NCBI GenBank assembly: GCA_951406725.2
Contig: OX597832.1
Location: forward strand, 60,574,001 to 60,638,000
Length of the DNA: 64,000 bases
Direction of reading: 5' to 3'
Origin: Octopus vulgaris
Taxonomy: Eukaryota
This document shows positions 29,265-42,112 of this stretch, one piece after another (positions within the stretch are counted from its first letter, which is position 1; every line of letters begins with the position of its first letter). Under the pieces are notes generated by a model. The model searched no databases, was not told where the DNA came from, and saw only the letters and a list, made by a program, of their open reading frames with translations. Both the position numbers and the translations under genes were made by a program.

Positions 29265-29463
29265 CACACATGCATTTATATATATGACTTGTCTTATATA
29301 CACACACACGTATATATTATATAAACACACACTTATATACATGTTTCCATTATGCAACACATATACAGTCACAAACATAAATATAAACACATTTATGTCC
29401 ATGTATTTATATACATGCATGTATGTATTTGTACACATACGCACACACACACATATATGTGCA

Positions 29464-29559
<96 letters not shown>

Positions 29560-29840
29560 TAGTATATATATACATACACACACACACGCATAACTGTTTA
29601 TATAAATGTATGCATTACACATACACACACACACACACACACGGAGGATTGTCTCCAGCCAGTACAAACTTAGTAATAACTCGATATATTAATATTAAAC
29701 ACGGTTCTTACCCTCAAAAATCGAAATTGAAATTCTAAAGAAGCGAACAGCTCAAACTTTCGTTAGCAAAAAACAAAAAAAAAATGGAAGAAAGAGCGAG
29801 GAAAACCAGCCAAATTCTTAAAAAGCGTCTTCATGTTGCC

Positions 29841-29911
29841 CTAATCTGGCCTCAAACAGAAGCAGACGACAGGATATGTCTGCAGTGAATACTTCTAAGC
29901 AACGCGATTGG
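29841..29911. promoter_or_regulatory. Fixed-spacing motif module, copy 2
   Basis: AGAAGCAGACGACA (29858-29871), N9, TGCAGTGAATA (29881-29891), N13, CGATTGG (29905-29911). Confidence 0.5.
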
Positions 29912-30604
29912 TTGTCATCATTTACTTCCCTACAGCTTGACTACGTTTCTATGAATAAATATATAAATATTCTTTTCTTTTTAAGGAGACCAACATTTTA
30001 CTGCTTAGTTTTCGAGAGAAAAAAAAACTAAATTTATTAAATACAGAGAGGAATAGATTAAAACGAAAAAAGCATTATATATCATTCGAAAAATAATGTA
30101 ACATGGCTTCCTTCTTCCTCCCCCGTTTCCTTTGATTTTCCATTTTGTTGCGCTTAAATAAAGACTAGTTGGATTTTTAAACATTTAAGACGTTGTAATT
30201 TATAAAAGAAAATAGATTTTCTCTCAAAGAAAGTCAATGCAAAATCAATTTGCTATTTATGTATGCGAGCTCGCAAAATGCTTAGCGAGGCATTACCGAG
30301 GGCGACTTTGTCTTTCAACGTTTCAGGGGCCGACAAAATAAAGTAACCAGTTGAACACTGGGGTTGAGGTGACCGACTGGTTTCCTCCATCCCAAAACAT
30401 CAGGCCTTGTATTGTTAAATTTTCACTTATTAGAAAATGTCCACCTTACTGGAAAAAAAAAAAAAAAAAAGGAAGAGGAGGGGGGGCTATGTGCAAAATT
30501 TCAACACCTTCAATGAAAAACCGTGAAGTATAACTTGGGACAGACACGTACGTCTGTATATATACATACATATATATATATATATATACATACACACACA
30601 TGTA

Positions 30605-30655
<51 letters not shown>

Positions 30656-31184
30656 TGTGTGTGTGTGTGTGTGTGTGTGTGTGCATGTGTGAGTTTTATT
30701 ATAGATGTATGAATGTATACATCTATAACTATATGTGTGTGTGTGTGTGTGTATAAACGCATGAGCATGTGTATATATATATATGTGTGTTGATAGATAG
30801 ATAGATAGATAGAGAGAGGGAGGGGGGAGAGAGAGATGAGAAGCAGAGAAATGGTGGAGAGATATAAGAAGAATAATGGCTAACGTAGTGGTATTGACAA
30901 TGGTGGCGGAGGGCAAGCAGTCGCCGGCTTTAAAAATCGGTAACGAGCGCAGTTATCCAACGAAAAGCATTAAAATCAAAGGAGATTTCGGATTTTATTC
31001 AATTGGCTGGCTGCTTTTCACTGACATGACATTGCCAACATTGGTGGTGGGTGAGGGTTATTTCAAGAACTTGCGAGACCGAAAGGAAAGCATCCAAGAG
31101 AAACGAGTCTCGCCAAATAGATTTAATTATTCAATGAATTCAAGCCAAACCGATTTCAAGAGGCTTAATGTGTCCAGAGTTTTG

Positions 31185-31286
31185 TGAGAAAGAGAAAGAA
31201 ACAAAATGAGAATGATAAAGAGAGATAGAGAGGTGCATGAGAGAAAGAGAGACAAGGGGAGAAGCAGATAGATAGATAGAGAGAGG

Positions 31287-31354
<68 letters not shown>

Positions 31355-31478
31355 GGGAGAGAGGGAGAAAAAAAGATAGATAGGAGACTCAGAGAGAACG
31401 AAAGAAATATAGAGAGAGACGGATTAATGAGAGAAGAGTCACTGAAGTAGAGAGAGGAAGATAGATAGAGAGAGAAAG

Positions 31479-31534
<56 letters not shown>

Positions 31535-32015
31535 GAGAGGAGACTCAGAGAGAACGAAAGAAAGATAGAGGGAGAGGGATTAATGAGAGAAGAGTCAGTG
31601 AAGTAGATAAAGAGAGGTGTATGAGAGTTAGAATGAGGAAGGCAGAATAGAAAGAGGGGGTGAATGCAAAAGGAAACAGAAAGAGAGAACGACAAGGTGA
31701 GAAAGAGAGAGAGGGGTGAGTGACAGAAGAGAAACTAAGGGAGAATGAGAGATGAGTAAAAAAGAGAGATAGGGGGAAGCAAAGAGAACATGGAAGACAG
31801 ACAGAGAGGGGGATAACTGAAAGAGAAAGAGAAATAGTAAGAGAGAATGACACAAAAAGAGGATGAAAGGAGCAGTTAGATAAAGAGAAGGAGAGAAACA
31901 GGCATAGAAGGAGGAGGAAAGAGAACGTGAGACAGATATAGAGCGAGGGTTGACTGAGGGAGGGAAAGAGAAAGAGACAAAGAAAGAATGAGAATGGGAG
32001 ACAGATAAAGAGAGA
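31185..32015. repeat. Purine-rich (GA)n/(GATA)n tract with a ~156-bp internal duplication
   Basis: GGAGACTCAGAGAGAACGAAAGAAA...GGATTAATGAGAGAAGAGTCA recurs at about 31383 and 31539. Confidence 0.8.
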
Positions 32016-33112
32016 AGGTTAGGAAAATCCCAATTATGAGAAAGGTCAGTGTTCTCTCAATTCATCATTAGAAGGTTTCAGTTTAGATAACAAACGAAGG
32101 TGGGAGACGAGATGAAAGGGGCGAGAGGCGGGTGTTGACTGTTTCGGGCCGACAGATTGAGTTTGATGTGAGATTCTCATTTCCCTCGCTTAAAAACACT
32201 CGAAGCAGGTGGTATTTGCTATCGTTTGCTTTTAAAACACTGAGCCCGATCTCGATCAAACAGATCTATGTGCGAAAGCGTTCCAACCACGACCATCATT
32301 TATTTTTCAATTGTCTCTTTAAAAAAAAAAATTATTTTATTTGTTTTAGTCGTTGCAATTGAAACCGCGGCGGTCAGGCTGGGGCATCGCTCCAAAAGAT
32401 TTTTCTTCTTTTTGTCTTAAGTTGAACAAATCGATTCCCATATTTATTTTCAATGCCTGGTATTTTATTCCGTCTGTTCCTTTTGCTACGCCACTAAGTT
32501 ATGGGGAAGCAAACAAACCAACACTCATGGTCAGGCAATGATGGTGCTGGGGTCACAAAAACAGGGATAAAACTGAAAGTCCATTGCCTGTCTGTCTGTA
32601 TGTAAATACGTATGTATATATACATATGTGTGTGTAGCCTCTAGTGATATAGGAAAACAGCAATTAACAAACAACCGGGGTTGTAAACAACTGGTAAACA
32701 GCATAAAAAATTCGTTATTAGCAATGAAAGCAGTATTCGTTCAAAATAGCATTCTGAATACCGAACTTAATGTGCATATATACTGTAGAAACATTAGTTA
32801 ATTGCTTATTACTCCCACTATTTACACTGCTGAGCCATCGATGAACCTTTATGTGGTTGTTTGGCCTGCTAGAAATAACAGCCAAAATTCCTTCAAATTT
32901 CATTCTATAGTCTCTGCCACTGCCATCGGGGTGGAAATAGCTATCCAGAAGTGCAAGCACCAGGAATCAGAATGACTGTTCCAGTGCATCTCCCTTGCCA
33001 TCCTCTGGGGCAAGGCCTTTTCCCTTTTGTTAGCTGGGACCATGAGACAGTCTGAATTACAGGAAATTGGACGTTCCACTCCATAATGTAAAAAGTTACT
33101 CCATATAAATAG

Positions 33113-33707
33113 GGTCATGAATGACCATGGGATTGCAGCTAGAAAATCCAGGCAAGGTTGTTCATGAAAGACCAGTAGTCACCTATGCATACCAGCCTCC
33201 TCCTCTCCATACCACTGATGTTATCCAAAGAAAGGCAAAGAGGTCGATACAGTTTGGCACCAGTGATGTCACAACTGATTTATTTCTACAAATGATTGAA
33301 CTGGAGCAAAGTGAGATAAAGTGTCTTACTGAAGAATACGACACACAGCCCAGTTTGGAAATCAAACTCACGAGGACCCTCTTTGGTCATGAATGACCAT
33401 GGGATTGCACCTAGAGACATGCCCCCCCCCAGCAACAAGTCCAGGCAAGGTTGTTTATGAAAGACCAGCAATCACTCATGCATACCAGCCTCCCCTCTTC
33501 ACGCCACTGATGTTATCCAAGGGAAGGGGCAAAGGGGCCGATACAGCTTGGCACCAGTGACATCGCAACTTGCTTCTACAGCTGAGTTAACTCAAGCAAT
33601 GTGAAATGAAGTGTCTTGCTCAAGAACACAACACACAGCCCAGCCTGGGACTAACTAACTACCTCACGATTGTGAGCCCAGTGCTCTAACCACTGAGTCA
33701 AGCGACC
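33113..33707 (-). mobile_element. tRNA-derived SINE family D: partial copy (33113-33370) in tandem with a full copy (33376-33707)
   Basis: GGTCATGAATGACCATGGGATTGCA recurs at about 33113 and 33386. The tRNA-like head lies on the minus strand at 33650-33707, and there is a homologue at 57612. Confidence 0.75.
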
Positions 33708-34770
33708 TACACTTTTTCCATATAAATAACTGACAATAGCTGGCAGTTAGGTCTTAAAAGGACTCATTAAACAGCTGGTTTAATGGGATGGTTACAAATG
33801 GAATACTTTTGACTATAGATCTGAACAATCAAAATTGATCTACAGGTAAAGTAAAAAAAAAAAATACAACTGTTTAGTTTACCTTGTCCTACTAGAAATA
33901 ACAGCTAAATCTCCCTCAAATTATACTCAGTTTAAAAGATTAGACAATAAACATACAAGAAAAACTACATATTGGACAGTGTAGTCCTAGATGCATTGTG
34001 CCTGAATAAAGATGTGATAGTCACAGACATAACTTTTTTGGCTTGAGGTCTGCAACCTCCAAAGAGTCAATTACGAGCCAAGCACCAACAGATACCTCAA
34101 CGATGCTGCCTAAGTAAATGCTTTCCATTTTATTTCTTGGGGTCCTCCACCAACTTTGCCCAATTTAAGGGGATACTTTTTTCTTTCCACTTCGTCCTAT
34201 TCCCCCTCCCCACAGATTTTCAGGTTTATTTAATAAGGTGAAAAATGACAAGGCAACATCCCTAAGGGTACAGAGAAGGAAACAAGAGCAGAAGATATAT
34301 ATATATATATAGGAGCCAAACAAGCTTAGGGGTTGGGGTAGAAATGAAAAAGGGGTGGAGGAGTGGTGAGGGTGGGGGATTTGAGGGATGAAACGGCTGG
34401 GGGGAAGAAGGGAGGAGGTAACAGTTCAGACCCAATAAATGCAATTCAGATATATTCTAATAAGATAAAGGGTGCAGGGGGAGGTGAGGTATTTATCACA
34501 CCACTCCTCCTTCCTCTCTATTTCTATGTGGTAAAAACAAACAGTTCTGCATAAGACAAAGTACATATAGTCATACAAATATGCATACATTGCACACATA
34601 TATACACATGGACACACACAGATACACACACACACACACTCATTCACAAGCATACATTACAAACACATATACATACACCCAGCCCATTTCATGGGTCAGA
34701 CGTCGACATATAGCCTCCCTACTTACAGTCAAGTGCAACTGGGTATGTGTGTATATAGGTGGCAATAATA

Positions 34771-34773
<3 letters not shown>

Positions 34774-34815
<42 letters not shown>

Positions 34816-35318
34816 TATATACATACACATATACACACATATATACACATACACACATATATACATACACATATACACACATATATACACATACACATAT
34901 ATATATACATACACACATATATATACATACACACATACACACATATATATACATACACACATATACATACACACACATATATACATACACATATACACAC
35001 ATATACATACACACACATATATATACATACACACACATATATATACATACACACACATATATATACATACACACATATATATACATACACACACATATAT
35101 ATACATACACACACATATATATACATACACACATATATACATATATATATACACTATATATATATATACATATATATACACTATATATATAATATATATA
35201 ATAATATACTATATATATATATATACATACATACACACATATATATACACACACACATACACACATATATATACACACACACATATACATACACATACAC
35301 ATATATACATACACATAC
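34774..35318. repeat. Compound (TA)n/(CA)n microsatellite
   Basis: Directly visible; source of the spurious 119-224 aa ORFs. Confidence 0.9.
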
Positions 35319-35453
35319 AGAGGGGTGCATTGTGTGTATATGCGATGATGATAATGACAAATGACTGGAATTGAACTCCAGGTTCATGCAGTAATTGGAT
35401 CCTGCAAGGAATGGCACTAAAACACTAAACTCAACAACAACAACATCAAAATG

Positions 35454-35492
<39 letters not shown>

Positions 35493-35829
35493 CTATCACT
35501 GGCTCTCAACCCCCCCACCACCACCTCTACCGTTGGCTACAGCATCTACAACAACAGCAAGAATAATAACAATAACAACAACAAAAAGTCATCACATAGG
35601 GTTGGTTCCAACCCCTCGCTACCCACCACCTCCCTTTGTTAACAGCAATTTCTAGAGAGAATAATGAGTTTGGACATTGGCGCTGAGGAGAACTGGTGGT
35701 GGTGGTGGAATGGGGGGGGGGGCGGTTATTGAAGATTTTTATGGAAGGGAAAAGAGGAAACTAAGAGAGAATGAGGAGAGAGAGAGAGATACGGCAAAAG
35801 GGTTAAAGTGAGTGGGGGAAAGCATCAGA

Positions 35830-35860
<31 letters not shown>

Positions 35861-36318
35861 CATCAAAGTGACAGAGCATGTCAGAGAGAGAGAGAAAGAG
35901 AGCCTCAGACGGATAGAGATATAAAGAAAGTGCTAGAGAAAGAGGGGAGGTCATCAGACAGAGAGAGAGAGAGAGAGATAAATAGAAGGTGGTGGAGGAT
36001 ACGGGAAGAAGGCCAGAGAACGTCCCTCCCTGCAGGAGCAGAATGAGTAAACGGTGCATTAATGAGGAGTGTGAAATTAGCTTACAAAGTGTTAAATTCC
36101 TTCTATGGATGGACCTGGCCGTTATGGCTTTACAGGAGATGAGACGAGATGCAGACTGGATTAGCATGGATGCTGGTTAAGTGGTTAAATGCTACCTCAA
36201 GACTCGCCAGGTGCTCAGTTCAATTCTTTGTATAACAGAAAGCACAGGAGATAATAGAATGGAAAGGAATAAGAAAGATGGCATTTAACCTATTAGCATT
36301 CGGATTATTCTGTCAAAC

Positions 36319-36704
36319 GGCACAGGTGTGGCTGTGTGGTAAGTAGCTTGCTAACCAACCACATGGTTCCGGGTTCAGTCCCACTGCGTGGCATCTTGGG
36401 CAAGTGTCTTCTGCTATAGCCCCGGGCCGACCAATGCCTTGTGAGTGGATTTGGTAGACGGAAACTGAAAGAAGCCTGTCGTATATATGTGTGTGTGTAT
36501 GTGTTTGCGTGGCTGTGTTTGTCCCCCTTGACAACCGATGCTGGTGTATTTATGTCCCCGTCACTTAGCGGTTCGGCAAAAGAGACCGATAGAATAAGTA
36601 CTGGGTTTACAATGAATAAGTCCCGGGGTCGATTTGCTTGACTAAAGGTGGTGCTCCAGCATGGCTGCAGTCAAAATGACTGAAACAAGTAAAAGAGTAA
36701 AAGA
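36319..36704 (+). mobile_element. Full-length family A CORE-type SINE inserted in a MITE
   Basis: A-box-like TGGCTGTGTGGTAA, B-box-like GGTTCAGTCC, CTTGGGCAAGTGTC core, internal TA/TG tract and AAAAGAGTAAAAGA tail. Many homologous copies occur in the window. Confidence 0.85.
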
Positions 36705-36794
36705 CAGAGAGAGAGTAATGCTTATTTATTCACCTTGTTTCGAATTGATCATGCATTATCTCATAGCTTTGAGATTTCAATGATGTGCCATTCA

Positions 36795-36985
36795 AGAAGC
36801 ACTGGTGACGGTACCTCATAAAAAGCACCAAATATGCTCTTGGAGTGGTTGGCATTAGGAAGGGCATCCAGCTGTAGAAACCAAGCCAAAATGGACTACA
36901 GAATCTGGTGTGGCTCCTGACCTCACTGGCTCCTGGCAAACTGTGCAACCCATGCCAGCATGGAAAACAGACACTAAATGATGAT
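36795..36985 (+). mobile_element. SINE family C nested in a MITE
   Basis: GGTTGGCATTAGGAAGGGCATCCAGCTGTAGAAACC...CCCATGCCAGCATGGAAAAC. Confidence 0.75.
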
Positions 36986-37797
36986 TGTATATTTTTAAAA
37001 TGACATTCTAGAACAAGTGTGAGAGGTTAGATCTGACCAGTTAGGGCATAAAATATGTAGAGTATTTAGGCTATATATGGTCAGTTTTGAGTGCTAAAGC
37101 ATTAAACTAGCCATAATCAGGCCCAAATATTCTACTTGTTTTATGACCAAACTGACCAGATTTGGTCTTTCACACCTAGCCTACAGTATCAATCTAAAAA
37201 TAAACAATCAGACCAGAGAAATCTTGAAAACTGCAACATCGTCCATGATTAATTCAAAAACGATGTGACAGAGTAATCTGAATGCCGAGAGTTTAAAGCA
37301 AGCACTGCCAATGGCATGAAGGCCGAATGTAGCCTTTGATGTTACTGAACAAGCTATCTCGGACCACAGAAGGAAGGAGAGAGAGAGAGGAAGTAAAAAC
37401 CAAGCACTTTCACACAGATTATTGCTAAAACGTGTGTAATTCTAGGTGTGTCTTGTGAGTAATTATGTAACATTAGTATTTAATTAATGAGATAGCTAAT
37501 AATCTCTGCGTGTAATTATAACTCACAGTTAATGTATGCATAATTGCATGTAGCACACAGAGGAGGAAGGTGGAATGGTGAACACTAAAGAGACGGTTAG
37601 GGCTGAGCGAGATGAGATGCAGGAGTTAGCTGGGTCACATGACATTCCTGTGAATTAAAAATATACAGCAGCACACGATATTAGGAGCGAATTCAAACAA
37701 ATGGAAACCCACGTTGTTTGAAGACTTACATGGCATGCTTAAGCTGTACACCATGTCAACTCGTCTGCCAGAAAATACAGTACGTCACACACACCCA

Positions 37798-38048
37798 TAT
37801 ATATATATGTATGTATGTATGTATGTATATATATGAACATATATATATATATATATATGAACATATATATATATGAACATATATATATATGAACATATAT
37901 ATATATATATATGAACATATATATATATATATATGAACATATATATATATATATGAACATATATATATATATATGAACATATATATATATATATGAAGAT
38001 ATATATATATATATATGAACATATATATATATATATATACACACACAC
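37798..38048. repeat. Periodic (TA)n-GAAC compound repeat
   Basis: About 9 units of GAAC followed by variable (AT)n. Confidence 0.9.
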
Positions 38049-38611
38049 ATAGGAACAGACAACAAAAGTATATGGGTGTATTTGAAAGAGAAAATGCATA
38101 CAGCTATAGCACTCCTTCCAGACACCAGACACCATATATATGTGTGTGTGTGTGTATATATATATGTATGTATGCGTGTATATATGTCAACGTTTCGTAA
38201 TGGCAGTGTACAAGACAGGAGTGGAGGAGATAAACAGTTTCAAATTTATCACAAACATGTCAGACCACAAACAATTTGGAATATCTAATTCATCCAGTTT
38301 GTCGTCGTCATCATCGTCATCAAATTATTATTATTATCATCATCATCATCATCATCATTATTTCTCTAGTTGTTGTTGATGCTGTTTTGGCTCCTATTTT
38401 GTTGTCTTATTTTGTATTGACAAGGAATTTGCAACTATTTTTTTTTTCTCTTTCTTTCTTTCTTAAAGGAACCGAAAAACAAAACAAAGCAAAAAAAAAA
38501 AAAAGCAAGGAAAAAAAGAAAGGAAAAAGAGAAGAAAAGCAAAATTCAAAACCGAAAAGAAAAAAAAACCAAAAAGAAACCCTGATAAACAGGAAATTTA
38601 ACAGAATATTG

Positions 38612-38908
38612 AAATAATAACAGTAGTAGCAACAATAAGAAGAACAATAATAACCAAAATAATAACAAAAATAATAATAATTACTACAATAACCATAATA
38701 ATAACAATAATGATAATAATAACAATAACGACGATAATAATAACGGATAATAAAGATGATAATAACAATAATGATAATAATAATAACGATAATAATAATG
38801 ATAATAATAATGATAATAGTAATAATAATAATGATAACAATAATAATAATAATGATAATAGTAATAATAATAATAATAGTGATAATAATAATAATAATAA
38901 TAGTGATG

Positions 38909-38953
<45 letters not shown>

Positions 38954-38962
38954 TTGATGATG
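38612..38962. repeat. Degenerate (AAT)n/(AAC)n trinucleotide tract
   Basis: Directly visible. Confidence 0.9.
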
Positions 38963-39599
38963 ATGGTTTCTGACAACAGACATTAACAAAAACAGCCAAA
39001 CATCTTTTTGTGTGAGAAATGTCTTTGCTTGAATTCTTTTTTTTTCTTTTATTATTTTTTTTTTCCATGAAAGAAAGAGACAGTTGATGGTGGTGGTCAT
39101 GACAGAGTTGGATGGAGCAACGCAGTGGTGGTGGTGGAAAAAAAATTAATTGATTCCTGCCCCCCATTAGATTGATGGTACTGATATTGTGGTATCAAGA
39201 GAGAGAAACAGAAAGAGGAGAGAGAGTGTGTGTGTGAGAGTGTGTGTGTGTAATATAAATGCTGACGGGGGTGGTATGGGGTGTAGAAGAAGGTGGACGG
39301 GAAGGAAATGGGGGGGTGCTGAGGGCGGAGGATAAGAGAGGCCGAGTGAGAGAGAACATTATATTTGAAAGAATTAAATAGCATCAATAACAACTGCTAC
39401 AACAACAACAACAATAATAATAATAATAATAATATAATAGTAATAATAATATTAATCAGGATGATGATGACGATGATGACGGGTGACAATGATAATAAAA
39501 CCACCCGCTACATTTCTTTATGTGATGTTGTGTGAATTTACATTTATTTAAGAAAAAAAGTTTAGGAAAAAAAATAAGAGGTAAAAAAAAAAACTTGGA

Positions 39600-39619
39600 A
39601 TACACACACACAACACACA

Positions 39620-39697
<78 letters not shown>

Positions 39698-39886
39698 CAC
39701 ACACACACATACATATACACACACACACACATATATACACACACACACACACATATATACACACACACACACATATATATACACACACACACACATATAT
39801 ATACACACACACACACATATATATATATGTACATCCACACACACATAAATCTCCATGTTTGTTATTTCATGTGTTTGCATGTGAAA

Positions 39887-39955
<69 letters not shown>
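39600..39955. repeat. Compound (TA)/(CA)/(GA) microsatellites
   Basis: Directly visible. Confidence 0.9.
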
Positions 39956-39957
<2 letters not shown>

Positions 39958-40842
39958 AAAATAATAAATAATAAATTTTTTTTTCTCCTTTTTCAAATTA
40001 AAACAAAATAGAACAAAATATTCCTGTAGAAGTAGAAGAAAAACCTAGGAAAAAGAAATCAAAACAAAACACCCAAAAGAAAACTCCTTTCAATAAAGGC
40101 AACGAGGTTGGGTGGGGAGTGAGAGAGAGAGAGGAAACGGAGAAGATGGGGACAGGGGGGGTGGGAGGGGAACTCTGTAAAATTCATTCGTGAAAGACGC
40201 GAAGAGTGATGAATATGATGATGTGGAATAACAAAAATAGAAATGAAAATTTCCAGAGAAGCAGACAGAAAGAAGAATATTGGTAAAAACTTTCAGGGTC
40301 TTCATGGAGTTCCTTAAATGCTGGCATCTCAGTTAAGCATGAAGCCGAGTTGCTTAAATTCGAGCTCTTTAACTAACGATGGGTGGGTGGGTAGGAGAGA
40401 GGGAGGGAGAGAGATAGAGGGGGGAGCCATGAAGGAGAGGGGTTAGGACACAGAAATGTAGAAATTAATCCGAAATGCTGCAGTTATTAGATGATAGCAA
40501 GACTGTGATGAACGGGTGGGGTTGGGGTGTATATAGGGGTAGATTGAATGAAATGGATGGATGGGTGGGTGGTGGCTGGGTATATGGATGGATGGATAGA
40601 TGGGTGGCTGGCTTGATGGGTAGAAGCATGGCTCGATGACTGGGTGGGTAGATGGCTGGGTGGATAGTGGAATGACTGGGTAGATGCCTGGATAGATGGA
40701 TGTCTATCACTCCACGTGTCAGATGATGGGTGGATGGAGTCAGAGATAGACAGCAAAATTGATGGAGAAGTATTATACAGAAACATACAGATGATAATCA
40801 ATAGCTAGATGGATAGACATAAGAAAACAAACAGATACTGAT

Positions 40843-40990
40843 AGGCGCAGGAGTGGCTGTGTGGTAAGTAACTTGCTTACCAACCACATGATTCTAGTTT
40901 CAGTCCCACTGCGTGGTATCTTGGACAAGTGTCTTCTACTATAGCCTCGGCCTGACCAAAGCCTTGCGAGTGGATTTGGTAGACGGAAAA
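40843..40990 (+). mobile_element. Family A SINE, 5' half
   Basis: GGCGCAGGAGTGGCTGTGTGGTAAG...GGATTTGGTAGACGGAAA matches the 36319 copy. Confidence 0.75.
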
Positions 40991-41630
40991 TATATATGTG
41001 TGTGTGTGTGTGTGTGTGTCTGTCTGTATATGTTTGTGTGTCGGTCTTCTCAAAAGTGCAGACCAAAGTTTGTTGTTTTTTGGGGGCTATTTTGTGTAAG
41101 GCCGATCAGCAATTTTGCATGGTGGACCACCTGTATATGTAACCCTCCCTTCTCTACATCATTGATTTCGTTCAAAGGAAATCTTAGAGTCAATATGAGT
41201 TATAATGGCAGCGATGTCATTGCAATGGTTAGTGTTAGAATACGAAGATCCAGAGCAGATCCATACAACATCACACCCAAAAATAAACACTTACTTCACC
41301 CAACCACCTGCGGATTGATTCTTCATTTATCAACCCCAGAATGATAAATGATCAAAGGTGCAGTTGCATCTCTTCGGGATTTGAACATGGAACATAAAGA
41401 GTCAGAACAAATACTTGCAATGCCTTGTAACGACTTTGCCAACAGCCATCATATAAATACAAGAAGTATTCTACGTTTGATCGGTGAGGGTTTATGAAAT
41501 CCAAGAGTTGCAACCGAGAGTAACCACAACGCTGTAACAACTATTTACGTCCTATTTCAGTATTGAGTAATTTTTCTTCTTGTTTGTAAATGCAAACATA
41601 CATACATGAGTGTGTATCTATCTACCTATC

Positions 41631-41675
<45 letters not shown>

Positions 41676-41859
41676 TTTCTAGATCCAATATACGTATAAT
41701 CAACAAAACAGTACTCCAGCCAATAAGAAATATCAATTTAATACGCATACTGAAAGAGCTACTAACAGTTTCATGCAATAAGGATACTTGGAAAAGTATA
41801 TTTCTAAAATGTGCAATGCATCTTCAGGTTCTGTTTATACTTTTGGCATTATGTTGTGC

Positions 41860-42112
41860 TTAGGAAGAAAACCTATCAAGCTGAGCAAAATTGCAGCTGT
41901 GGCAGATACAGGTGTCACATAAATGGCACCCGTACTGGTGGCACGTAAAAGCAACTGTTACACTGTCAGAATGGTTGGTGTTAGGAAGGGCATCCGACTG
42001 TAGAAACCATGCCAAATCAGACTGGTGTCTGGTGCAGCCTTCCAGTGTGCCAGCTACAGTCAAACCGTCCAAACCATGCCAGCGAGGACAATGGACATTA
42101 AATGGTGATGAT
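41860..42112 (+). mobile_element. SINE family C
   Basis: Same core and GACATTAAATGGTGATGATG tail. Confidence 0.7.

Larger units (their letters stand above)
36286..37297. mobile_element. Second piggyBac-like MITE family: forward copy split by two SINEs, followed by an inverted copy
   Basis: TTAACCTATTAGCATTCGGATT start. Fragments at 36286-36318, 36715-36787 and 36985-37090, and an inverted copy at about 37090-37297. Homologues lie at 55972-56553 and 58130-58316. Confidence 0.6.

Noticed and set aside
34581-35417. Long ORFs of up to 224 aa (YIYTH/VCVY-rich); similar ORFs at about 7000, 28400, 29089, 39500, 51560 and 61200
   Set aside because: These are translations of (TA)/(CA)/(TG) microsatellites that lack stop codons; they have no protein-like composition.
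36319-36390. tRNA-like sequence with A/B boxes (also at about 46259, 33650 and 60290)
   Set aside because: These are SINE heads; no complete cloverleaf is seen and each continues into a SINE body.
38407-39167. Poly-Ile, poly-Leu, poly-Tyr and poly-Asn ORFs
   Set aside because: They are reading frames through a degenerate (AAT)n tract.
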